The position numbers were made by a program, and so were the translations under genes. Under the pieces are notes generated by a model. That model saw only the letters and a list, made by a program, of their open reading frames with translations, was not told where the DNA came from and made no database searches. From Minisyncoccota bacterium (GTDB lineage Bacteria; Patescibacteriota; Minisyncoccia; Phycocordibacterales; SW-6-46-9), in the NCBI GenBank assembly GCA_040905385.1, contig JBBDRP010000002.1:226292-290291 (forward strand): a stretch of DNA of 64,000 nucleotides, in the 5' to 3' direction. This document shows, piece after piece, positions 30,424 to 39,768 of the stretch (position 1 is its first letter; every line of letters starts with the position of its first letter).

Positions 30424-30455
30424 ATCAAAAAAGCGTTATGCGCTTTTTTGATTTA
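30421..30455. terminator. Bidirectional intrinsic terminator
   Basis: Perfect inverted repeat taaatcaaaaaagcg-ttatg-cgcttttttgattta. Confidence 0.75.
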
Positions 30456-30481
30456 GAGGTAAGAGCTAAGAGACATGATAT

Positions 30482-30886
30482 ATGAGCAAAGAACCCAAAA
30501 AGGAGAACAAAATTACATCATTCACTGATCTGACAACGTGGCAAAAAGGCCATGAACTAGTAGTGGAGATTTATGAGACAACCGAGGAGTTTCCTAAGCG
30601 AGAGGTGTATGCGCTTACCGACCAAATTCATCGATCGGCTGTATCAGTTACTTCCAACATTGCTGAAGGGTTTGGTCGTTTTAGCTACGCCGATAGACTA
30701 CATTTTTACCGCATGGCTCGTGGATCACTGACAGAATTACAGAATCAACTCTTGATTGCTCGTGATGTTGGGTATCTCGGCACGGACAAATTTAAAGCCT
30801 TGGCAAGTAAAACCACTACGGTAGAGAAATTACTACAAGGCTTGATTCGAGCCACGAGTGATAGGAAAGATTCACATACCTCTTAG
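30482..30886 (+). CDS. Four-helix-bundle protein (23S rRNA IVS protein / bAvd-like family)
   Basis: SFTDLTTWQKGHEL...FPKREVYALTDQIHRSAVSVTSNIAEGFGR...FYRMARGSLTELQNQL family signature. Confidence 0.92.
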   Translation: MSKEPKKENKITSFTDLTTWQKGHELVVEIYETTEEFPKREVYALTDQIHRSAVSVTSNIAEGFGRFSYADRLHFYRMARGSLTELQNQLLIARDVGYLGTDKFKALASKTTTVEKLLQGLIRATSDRKDSHTS

Positions 30887-31033
30887 CTCTTGTCTCTTGG
30901 ATGTGAAATGCTCTGATATATGTGATTTTGCTACAATGCATAGGAATCGCAGGTGTGGATAGTAAAACCTGTACCTCTGTTATACTAAAGGAGTAGCTTT
31001 TTTTAACTAACTCTTTATATGATGTAAGCCTAT

Positions 31034-32254
31034 ATGTCGCATAAGATCCTCATGTTTGGTTGGGAATTTCCGCCGCATAACAGTGGGGGTCTTGGCGTTG
31101 CCTGTGAGGGAATTGCCCGCGCCTTGGTGCGGGCGGGGCATAATCTGCACTTTGTGCTGCCACGTTCTTACGATCTACTCGATAAAAACATCTCCTTTGT
31201 ATTTGCTGATACCGAGCGCGAGACGCTCAAGGTGACGCCGATCGCCTCGACGCTGTACTCGCCGTATGCCACCAGTACCAGCTACCAAGAGGCAGTGAAA
31301 AAGGGGCTGATAGCACCCGGTCCGTACGGAAACTCACTAATGGCCGAGGTGATGCGGTACAGCTATCAGGCTGGTGCTATTGCGGAGGAGACTGATCCAG
31401 ATATCATCCACGCTCATGACTGGCTGTCCTTTCCGGCGGCGATGGCGGCGAAGCGGGCGACTGGTAAGCCCTTCGTGGCGCATGTGCACGCCACCGAGTA
31501 TGACCGGACCGGTGGTAACGGGCTCAACCAAGAGGTTTATGATATCGAGCGGGCCGGGGTGCAGGCGGCCGATAAGGTGCTCGCTGTTAGCGCCTTTACC
31601 CGCCAGACGCTAATTGACCATTACGGGCTAGATCCAAAAAAGGCTGGTGTCGCCCACAACGGTATCGAGAGCGAGCAGAAGCCGAAGCTACAGCCGGTAC
31701 TAAAGAATATAAAGAATCGTGGCGGTAAGATTGTGCTTTTTCTCGGTCGGATCACGATCCAGAAGGGGCCGGATTACCTGATGGAGGCGGCGCGTCGGCT
31801 TTTGGAAATCCGCGACGACACCTACTTTGTAGTGGCCGGATCCGGGGATATGCATGACCAAATGGTCGAGCGAGCTGCCGAGTTAGGTCTGGCCGACCGG
31901 GTATTTTTTCCGGGATTTGTGCGTGGCTGGAAGATTGATCAGCTGTATCAATCAGCCGATCTTTTTGTGATGCCGTCGGTGTCCGAGCCGTTTGGTATTA
32001 CGCCGCTGGAGGCGCTGATGAACAAGACGCCGGTTTTGATTTCCAAGCAGTCCGGAGTTTCGGAGGTGCTGGATCACGCGCTGACCGTCGACTTTTGGGA
32101 TACCGAGAAGATGGCCGACCAGATGAATGCGGTACTGGAGCACCCGGCGCTGTATGCCGAGCTGTCACGAAACGGGAATAATGAGGTGCATAAGATTAGC
32201 TGGGATGATACTGCTCGGTCTATTACTGCTGCGTACGATTTGGTTGCTGGGTAA
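31034..32254 (+). CDS. GT4 glycosyltransferase (glycogen/alpha-glucan synthase-like)
   Basis: GWEFPPHNSGGLG, HAHDWL, HVHATEYDR, GRITIQKG, PSVSEPFGITPLEA. Confidence 0.9.
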   Translation: MSHKILMFGWEFPPHNSGGLGVACEGIARALVRAGHNLHFVLPRSYDLLDKNISFVFADTERETLKVTPIASTLYSPYATSTSYQEAVKKGLIAPGPYGNSLMAEVMRYSYQAGAIAEETDPDIIHAHDWLSFPAAMAAKRATGKPFVAHVHATEYDRTGGNGLNQEVYDIERAGVQAADKVLAVSAFTRQTLIDHYGLDPKKAGVAHNGIESEQKPKLQPVLKNIKNRGGKIVLFLGRITIQKGPDYLMEAARRLLEIRDDTYFVVAGSGDMHDQMVERAAELGLADRVFFPGFVRGWKIDQLYQSADLFVMPSVSEPFGITPLEALMNKTPVLISKQSGVSEVLDHALTVDFWDTEKMADQMNAVLEHPALYAELSRNGNNEVHKISWDDTARSITAAYDLVAG

Positions 32255-32336
32255 AGATTCGTAATTTTTAGCTCTTAGCTCATACCTTTCAGAACATGGA
32301 ATGTTCTGAAAAACCCGTGATATAATAAATACACAT

Positions 32337-33605
32337 ATGGCCACTGTTTGTTTTTATTTTCAAGTACACCAGCCGTACCGCCTGCGGAACTTTTCTATTT
32401 TTGAGACCACGGAGGCAGCTGACGGCACGCCTCGAGACTATTTTTCTGATGTGTCCGAGACGTCGAGAAATAATAGGAGGGTGATGCAGAAGGTGGCACG
32501 TAAGTCCTACTTGCCAACCAATCAGACCTTATTGAAGCTACTGCGCGATCATCCCGAATTTCGCGTCTCTTTTTCCTTTTCTGGACTTGCGCTGGAGCAG
32601 TTTGCCGAGTTTGCTCCGGAGGTCTTGGAGTCATTTAAGGCACTGGTTGGTACTGGCCAAGTCGAAGTGCTTTCCGAGACGTATCATCACTCGCTGGCCT
32701 TCTTTTATGACAGGGATGAGTTCACCAACCAGGTTGCCGAGCATGGCGAGCTAATTTACGACCTGTTTGGCGTCACCCCACGCGTATTTCGGAATACGGA
32801 GCTCGCCTACAATAATGATCTGGGCCAGTGGGCAGACGAGCACGGCTACGACGGAGTACTGGCAGAGGGCTGGGATCCGGTGCTGGAGTGGCGTTCGCCA
32901 AACTTTGTGTACCAGCCGCCTGGTGCCGAAAAGACCCGACTTCTGCTGAAAAATTACAAGCTTAGCGATGATATTGCCTTCCGATTTTCAGATAGAGACT
33001 GGAAGGGTTGGCCACTAACGGCCGAGAAGTTTGCCGGCTGGGTGAGCGACCATAACGCCGCCCGAGATACCAGCGGCGAGCTGATAAATCTGTTTATTGA
33101 TTACGAGACCTTTGGCGAGCACCAGTGGGAGGATACGGGTATTTTTGACTTCTTGAGGAAGTTGCCGGCTGCACTTCTGGAGCATCCGGACAACGCCTTC
33201 ATGACACCGTCAGAGGTGATTGCTAATCATGAAGTTCGCGACGAGATGGACATTCCGCACACGGTGACCTGGGCAGATACCGAGCGCGACCTATCGGCCT
33301 GGCTCGGCAACGAGATGCAGCAGTCGGCGGTCAAGGCGCTGTATGATCTGAAACCGCTCGTGGTGGCCACGGACGACCCGGACATTCTTCGTGACTGGCA
33401 GCGCCTGCAGACGTCAGACCACCTGTACTACATGTGCACGAAGTGGTCTGCCGATGGTGATGTGCATGCGTATTTCAATCCGTATGATTCACCATACGAG
33501 GCGTTTGTGACCTACATGAATGTACTTACTGATCTACGTGAGCGCTGCGCGCCGCAGAACGAGTCTCCCACAGCCATGGCTCCCGCGGCAGTTGAAGTTG
33601 GGTAA
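32337..33605 (+). CDS. GH57 alpha-amylase family protein
   Basis: YFQVHQPYRL, ETYHHSL, FRNTELAY, LSDDIAFRF, DYETFGEHQW, LQTSDHLYYMCTK. Confidence 0.93.
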   Translation: MATVCFYFQVHQPYRLRNFSIFETTEAADGTPRDYFSDVSETSRNNRRVMQKVARKSYLPTNQTLLKLLRDHPEFRVSFSFSGLALEQFAEFAPEVLESFKALVGTGQVEVLSETYHHSLAFFYDRDEFTNQVAEHGELIYDLFGVTPRVFRNTELAYNNDLGQWADEHGYDGVLAEGWDPVLEWRSPNFVYQPPGAEKTRLLLKNYKLSDDIAFRFSDRDWKGWPLTAEKFAGWVSDHNAARDTSGELINLFIDYETFGEHQWEDTGIFDFLRKLPAALLEHPDNAFMTPSEVIANHEVRDEMDIPHTVTWADTERDLSAWLGNEMQQSAVKALYDLKPLVVATDDPDILRDWQRLQTSDHLYYMCTKWSADGDVHAYFNPYDSPYEAFVTYMNVLTDLRERCAPQNESPTAMAPAAVEVG

Positions 33606-33772
33606 TTTTCTACGGTATAATAGAAGCAGCGAGTAGAAAGCCGAAAGTTCAAAGTCTGTAAAGTCATAAAGGATCTTTACAAAATATAGCCGTGACGGCA
33701 TACTCACTCTCTCGATTTATAAGGAAAATCTAATTGCAACTTTTAACTTTTTACTTTTGACTAATTTTTAAT

Positions 33773-35758
33773 ATGCCACGATCATTTACAGCCGGAAATG
33801 GAGAGATGCTTGTCGGAGTCGATGAGTATGGTTTCATGCAGGATCTCTACTATCCACACATCGGATTAGAGAACCATGTTGGTGATGCACACCAACACCG
33901 CATCGGTATTTTTGTTGATGGTGGAATTCACTGGCTGTCGGACAAGGATTTTGAGGTTTTGGCCACAACAAATCCGGAGACGATGATGTCCGATATCGTG
34001 GCCCGTAACACTAAGATCGGTGTAACAGTGACCATGCAGGACGTTGTTTATAATGAGAAGCCAATTTTAGTACGTGAGGTAACGGTGAAAAATACCTGGG
34101 ATGTGGTCCGAGATATAACATTGTATTTTGGTCAGGAGTTCGAGATTAGTCAGTCACGGCAGGCGAGTACTGCATACTTTGACCCAGCCAATGAATGCAT
34201 CATCCATTACCGCGGTCGCCGCGCCTTTTTGATGAACGCGGTTGATGATGACGGTTCTTTTACACAGTATACGACTGGTGTTTCCGGGATTGAGAACAAA
34301 GAGGGATCCTGGCGTGATGCCGAGGATGGTCAGCTGCAGGGTAATCCAATAGAGCACGGACCGGCTGATTCTGTTTTTGGACTGGAGCGTTCGTACGAAG
34401 GCAAGTCTGAGCGCACCACCTACTTCTGGCTGGTGGCAGGAAAGTCTATTAATGAGGTAATCAGGCTTAACAAGTATGTTCACGACCGTACACCGGAGCA
34501 CCTGCTTAAAACAACGAGTAACTACTGGCGTGCCTGGCTGGATCGCTGTCCGGATCATTTTCATGACCTTTCCGAGCCGGCGCAGGATCTCTTTAGTCGG
34601 TCGTTGTTAATTATTCGAGCGCATGCCGACAAGGATGGCGGTATTCTGGCTTCGAGTGATTCGGATATGCTGCAGCGGGGTAAGGACTCGTACGAGTATG
34701 TTTGGCCGCGGGATGGTTCCTACATCACCCGAGCGCTGGATCAGGTGGGCGCCTGGAAGGTCAGTGAACGGTTCTTTTACTTCATGAATTACGTTATGGA
34801 CGGTGACGGCTACCTAATGCATAAGTATGGTCCGGACGGGTCGCTGGGATCATCCTGGCATCCGTGGTTTTATCAGGATATGTACCAGTTGCCGATTCAG
34901 GAGGATGAGACGGCAACGGTTCTGCATACGCTGTGGCAGCATTACCAGCAGTCGCAGGACCTAGAGTTCATTGAGAGTATTTACAACTCCTTTATAGAAC
35001 GAGCGGCGAACTTTTTGATAACCTATCGACACCACGAAACCAAGCTTCCAAAACGCAGTTATGATCTCTGGGAGGAGCGGATTGGTGTGCATACCTACAC
35101 GGCCGCGTCGGTGTATGGTGGCCTGCAGGCAGCTAGCAATTTTGCGGGACTTTTGGGTAAGGATGTCGAGGAGAAGCATTACAAAGCCAAGGCAAATGAG
35201 ATCAAGGATGCAATTTTGAAGTATTTATATAACGAGGACGAGGGCTGCTTTGTACGGAGTGGTGAGACCGAGGATGGTGCCTTTGTTCAGGACACCACCA
35301 TTGATTTTTCATCTACGTTTGGTGTCTGGTACTTTGGCGTACTGCCGGGTCGAGACGATCGACTAGTTAACTCGATGGCGATGACGCAGGAAGCACTAGG
35401 TGTACCTGGTGTTGGTGGCTTTGCTCGTTACGAAGGTGATACCTACTATCGCAACAAAAATCATGAAGGTGTGACTGCACCCGGTAATCCGTGGTTTGTG
35501 ACAACATTATGGTACGCCCAGTACGTGACCGAGCTAGCTGACAATGAAGAGGAGATCAAGCAGGTGGCGCATATTCTGGAGTGGGTGACAGACCACACTA
35601 CGACGGCTGGGCTGCTTTCCGAGCAGCTAGATCTTAAGACTAGCGAGCCGCTGTCGGCAACACCATTGGTCTGGAGCCACGGGGAGTACGTTATTACCGT
35701 GGTGAAGTATCTCGAGAAGCTTGAGGAGCTTGGGCTCTGCCGCAATTGTAAGAAGTAG
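33773..35758 (+). CDS. GH15 glucoamylase/trehalase family protein
   Basis: DLYYPHIGLENH, YEYVWPRDG, QEDETA, SYDLWEE, GLLSEQ, ATPLVWSH. Confidence 0.92.
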   Translation: MPRSFTAGNGEMLVGVDEYGFMQDLYYPHIGLENHVGDAHQHRIGIFVDGGIHWLSDKDFEVLATTNPETMMSDIVARNTKIGVTVTMQDVVYNEKPILVREVTVKNTWDVVRDITLYFGQEFEISQSRQASTAYFDPANECIIHYRGRRAFLMNAVDDDGSFTQYTTGVSGIENKEGSWRDAEDGQLQGNPIEHGPADSVFGLERSYEGKSERTTYFWLVAGKSINEVIRLNKYVHDRTPEHLLKTTSNYWRAWLDRCPDHFHDLSEPAQDLFSRSLLIIRAHADKDGGILASSDSDMLQRGKDSYEYVWPRDGSYITRALDQVGAWKVSERFFYFMNYVMDGDGYLMHKYGPDGSLGSSWHPWFYQDMYQLPIQEDETATVLHTLWQHYQQSQDLEFIESIYNSFIERAANFLITYRHHETKLPKRSYDLWEERIGVHTYTAASVYGGLQAASNFAGLLGKDVEEKHYKAKANEIKDAILKYLYNEDEGCFVRSGETEDGAFVQDTTIDFSSTFGVWYFGVLPGRDDRLVNSMAMTQEALGVPGVGGFARYEGDTYYRNKNHEGVTAPGNPWFVTTLWYAQYVTELADNEEEIKQVAHILEWVTDHTTTAGLLSEQLDLKTSEPLSATPLVWSHGEYVITVVKYLEKLEELGLCRNCKK

Positions 35759-35779
35759 CTCAGAACATGAAATGTTCTG

Positions 35780-37000
35780 CTACAGCGTATCGACAATTGG
35801 AAGGGCAAGTAACCCACCAACTAAGAGCAGGCCGGCGACACCAACAAAGATAAACTCAAACGGTGCAAAGAGAAGTACTGCACTTGCCAGTACCGGAGCA
35901 ACAATATATGCAAGTGGTCTGATCATTCTCAGGACAGACAACTCATCGGTGTCATAACTTTCGACATGCTTAAAGAAGTAGCCGTCGGACATGACTTCGA
36001 TCATAGTGGCGCCGATACGAGTTCCAAATAGCAGAGCTGCCCATACCCAGATCTCGGTGCTCTCTACAAAGCCCAGTAGAGCGGTAAAGAAGGCAGCAAT
36101 GATAAATCCACCGATTAGGAGTTCCTTTTCACCAAGATAGTGGTCAGCGATCTCTCCGAGAGGACGACCCAGTAAGACAAAGGGAATTAGCATAATAGAA
36201 AAGATAATTCCAATAGCACTAAAGGAGAGACCGATGAATTGGTAGAGGTAGATTGGGGTGTATACGACCATCATGGCGTAAAACATATTCAGTACGAGCA
36301 TAGTTCCAAGTGTAAAACGGACGTTTACATCGCGCCAGACTCTTTTGAGACTTTTCCAGAGCGTTGTGCGGGCATAATCAGCGTCGGGGAAGTTACTGAA
36401 CTTCTTTAGAAGAATCGTTAGCAGCGGCAGAATAACAACAGCTGAAATTAGATAAATCTGCCAGAAGGTATCCTCACCGACGGCGAATCCGGCAATCAGC
36501 GGTCCTAGAATGAAGGCGATGTAGGTAAGAGTAATCAAGGTTCCGCGAATCTCGCCTGTCTTGGAATCATCAGAAAATTTCTCTAAAAATATATCTAGGT
36601 TAAAGCGAATCACGGCGGTAAGCATCCAGTGTGCCATGAAGGCAGTGATAAGCAGCCAGATAGGAGCGCTTTGGATAGCCAAAATACTCACGGCGATTAG
36701 TTCTGCAATTACCAGAGCAAGCGTAGTAGCATAGTTACCAAACTTCGGTAGCGCTCGGGTAACAGCAGACATGGTCATGATTGCCAGCACAGCCGCGGCG
36801 CTAAAGGCGATACTGGTTGATGTCTCGGAAAGTATGGTGTTCAAAAAGTTGGAGTTAATGTACAGCGGAAAGACGTAATGCAGCGTAAAGAAGAAGTACA
36901 TGATGTACACCACAACTCGCAGCTCCTCAGGGGAATCTGGCTTATCCTCGGTATCCTCAGTCCTTGTGCGTTTGAGATGGAATGGTACGTGAATTTGCAT
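35780..37000 (-). CDS. MFS transporter
   Basis: About 12 hydrophobic segments; GEIADHYLGEK loop motif. Confidence 0.8.
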   Translation of the reverse strand: MQIHVPFHLKRTRTEDTEDKPDSPEELRVVVYIMYFFFTLHYVFPLYINSNFLNTILSETSTSIAFSAAAVLAIMTMSAVTRALPKFGNYATTLALVIAELIAVSILAIQSAPIWLLITAFMAHWMLTAVIRFNLDIFLEKFSDDSKTGEIRGTLITLTYIAFILGPLIAGFAVGEDTFWQIYLISAVVILPLLTILLKKFSNFPDADYARTTLWKSLKRVWRDVNVRFTLGTMLVLNMFYAMMVVYTPIYLYQFIGLSFSAIGIIFSIMLIPFVLLGRPLGEIADHYLGEKELLIGGFIIAAFFTALLGFVESTEIWVWAALLFGTRIGATMIEVMSDGYFFKHVESYDTDELSVLRMIRPLAYIVAPVLASAVLLFAPFEFIFVGVAGLLLVGGLLALPIVDTL

Positions 37001-37152
37001 ATTTAAAAGAGTCGAAAGTCTAAAGTCAAAAGTCGTAAAGTTTAACGTTCATAATATCACGCCTCCAGTTTGGATTTATTAGAAAAATCTAATTGTAACT
37101 TTCGACATTTGACTTTTAGCTTTTAACTTAACTTGTTCTTACCTAGTATAAC

Positions 37153-37187
37153 AAAAAACCTGGGAACATAATGTTCCCAGGTTTTTT
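37153..37187. terminator. Bidirectional terminator-like palindrome
   Basis: aaaaaacctgggaacat-a-atgttcccaggtttttt. Confidence 0.6.
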
Positions 37188-37831
37188 AAATAACTCACCG
37201 GGTTGAGTTATTTAGCCAGCGTGAAGGATGGCCAGTATTTATCTATTACAAAAGCCGCCATCTTCTCGATAGCGGCTTTCTCGAACGACTTGAATGAGCA
37301 CCCGATATCTCTTGCTGCTAAGCAGGAAGAGAACGGTTGTGCGAATTTACCCGCACACTCGAAGCTTCGAGTGTTAGCTGGCAAAGCCAGCGCGGGTTTA
37401 TGTCCGGAAATTATATGTAATTTCCCTGGACCAAGTCGGCGGGTAAAGCGAGCGCTTCGACTTGCGGAGTGCTCGCGGCTTCCGAAGTCAAGACTTCTTA
37501 TCTTGTTATTTGATTAGCGAAGTCGAGCGACTCAAGTCGGCGGAATAAGCTTGGTGCCGTGGAGTACACGGTGCCAAGCGGCTTAGGGAGTTTAAGTAGC
37601 AATCTGGCGAACTGTTAATTACTCGAAGGACTCAAGTCCGCACGAGTGCTCGCAAATCACAAAACTTTGTAGATAGCGTAGACATGAAGCGAGCTGAAAA
37701 TCTTCGACACAGTAGTGCGAAGATTTCAGTGAGCCAACACTAAGGATGGAATGGATCATATCGAACTATTGATTAATCCAACGCCTCAAGGCGGTAAAAA
37801 TTGTCGGAAATTACATTCTGTTGTAGACTGC

Positions 37832-39589
37832 CTATACTCCGATAACCACCGGAATCACAAGCGGTTCCTTGCCCGTCTCCTGTCGGAGGTAGCTGCGGGT
37901 TCGTTCGGTTAGCTTGCTCTTTACGTAGTCAAAGTTAACTGACTTACGGCCTTTAGCAGCCTCCTCGACAACATTGCGAACGAGGTCACGTGTGTCGGAA
38001 AGAAGTTTCTTGCTTTCTCGGAGATAGACAAATCCGCGGCTGATAAGATCCGGAGACTTACGCAGCTTCCCGTTCTTTGGGTTAATGGCCACGATTATTA
38101 CGAAGATACCTTCAGTCTGTAGTATTTCGCGATCACGGATGACAACATCCTGAATGTTACCAATACTGAGTCCATCAACGGTAAGTGTCTCTCCAGCGGC
38201 CTTTTGCGGCAGCTTTTCGAACTTTGTACCGTTCTCTTTAATTTCCACAATGGATCCATTCTCGGGAACAATTACGTGATTATCTGGCATACCAAGATCC
38301 TTGGTAGCTAGCTTCTTGTGCAGCTCGAGCATATAACGGTTTCCGTGCTGTGGCATGAAGAATTTTGGCTTCAGCATTTCGTGCAGCCAACGAATTTCAC
38401 CACGGTTTCCGTGTCCGGAAGCATGAACGTGTAGGTCAGTGGTTTTTGAGGTAATGATATCGGCACCCGAGGCCGCAATGTTGTCCTTTAGTGATGCCAC
38501 TGCTTTTTCGTTTCCAGGTACAACCGACGCAGATAGTACGACAGTGTCCTGCCCGTTAAAGGCTAGATGATGGTGGGTCTGGTTTGCCATACGGTTGAGG
38601 GCGGCAAATTCCTCTCCCTGTGATCCGGTAGCAAGAATCAAAATCTCGTTTGGTTGGTAGTTATCGACATCCTTGCCTTGAATAAATATGCCATCTGGTG
38701 CCTTGATGAGCCCGGCTTCCTGCGCAACAGCAACGTTCGTACGCATGGATCGACCTTCAAGTACGACTTTGCGGTTGTACTGACCAGCCAAATCAATAAT
38801 TCGTGCCATACGTTCGATTAGCGAGGCGAAGGAGGCAATGATCAGTCGTCCGTGCGTCTGCTGGAAGATTTTTTCTAGGTCGCGGTGTACCTTCCATTCC
38901 GGTACTCCGAATCCAGGATTCTCAATGTTAGTGGAGTCCATCATCAGCATCAGAACATCCTTCTCGGCGACTTTTTTGTATACTTGCTGCTCTTTCTCGG
39001 AAACAGTTCCATCCACGTGGTCCAGCTCGAAGTCGGCCTGGTTGATAATCTGTCCGTATGGTGTGTCGATGATGACACCCATAGAGTCAGGAATTGTGTG
39101 TGCCATCTCATAGAATCGTACTGGTGTGCTACCGAGCGTGATTTCATCCTCACCCGTAACGACATGAATATCAAGTGGTTCGTTGTCAGGAAATTCTTCC
39201 TGACGCTTTAAAATCATCAGTTTAGAAAAACTGCGACAGTAAATTGGAGGATTGCCGATACGATCCATAATATAGGGAATACCACCGATGTGGTCGAGGT
39301 GACCGTGAGTGATGACGAGACCGCGAATTTTATCTTTGTGCTCCTCGAGGTAACGAGTATTTGGAAGCACATAATCAATTCCAGGTAGATCTTCACTTTC
39401 AAAGCTGTATCCGCAGTCGATGATAATGATGTCATTGGCTGTCTCTATCATGGCCATGTTGCGTCCGACCTCCTCGACTCCGGACAGCGGAATGATGCGA
39501 ATGTCTCCTTCGGCGACTTCAGGAATTGGATCGCCTTTGCGTTCATCTAATTCTCTGTGTTGTAGATTGGTAGTTGTGTATCGTCCCAT
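37832..39589 (-). CDS. rnj: Ribonuclease J
   Basis: GVEEVGRNM, THGHLDHIGG metallo-beta-lactamase motif, HTIPDS, ATGSQGE, HVHASGHG, SRGFVYLRES. Confidence 0.95.
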   Translation of the reverse strand: MGRYTTTNLQHRELDERKGDPIPEVAEGDIRIIPLSGVEEVGRNMAMIETANDIIIIDCGYSFESEDLPGIDYVLPNTRYLEEHKDKIRGLVITHGHLDHIGGIPYIMDRIGNPPIYCRSFSKLMILKRQEEFPDNEPLDIHVVTGEDEITLGSTPVRFYEMAHTIPDSMGVIIDTPYGQIINQADFELDHVDGTVSEKEQQVYKKVAEKDVLMLMMDSTNIENPGFGVPEWKVHRDLEKIFQQTHGRLIIASFASLIERMARIIDLAGQYNRKVVLEGRSMRTNVAVAQEAGLIKAPDGIFIQGKDVDNYQPNEILILATGSQGEEFAALNRMANQTHHHLAFNGQDTVVLSASVVPGNEKAVASLKDNIAASGADIITSKTTDLHVHASGHGNRGEIRWLHEMLKPKFFMPQHGNRYMLELHKKLATKDLGMPDNHVIVPENGSIVEIKENGTKFEKLPQKAAGETLTVDGLSIGNIQDVVIRDREILQTEGIFVIIVAINPKNGKLRKSPDLISRGFVYLRESKKLLSDTRDLVRNVVEEAAKGRKSVNFDYVKSKLTERTRSYLRQETGKEPLVIPVVIGV

Positions 39590-39768
39590 AATTTATTAGC
39601 TTCGAGCTCTTAGCTTTTAGCTTATAAGTTAGATCTAGACTGTTTTGGTTATCAGCTAGATTTTGAATAATAATGCGAATTGAACAAACTCGCGGGATAC
39701 AGGAACAATGTTTTGATCCCGTATCGGCGGGCTCATTTTTTGGTTTGTACGTTCGTTGACCCCTTTGT

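Noticed and set aside
13177-30886. Diversity-generating retroelement (Avd-like gene next to repeat-rich adhesins)
   Set aside because: No reverse transcriptase in the window, and I saw no repeat pair differing only at adenines; differences are mostly synonymous and involve all bases
37203-37517. 104-aa ORF, and similar ORFs at 54942-55181, 44456-44665 and 62960-63196
   Set aside because: They overlap palindromic repeat regions, have weak starts and show no protein-like features
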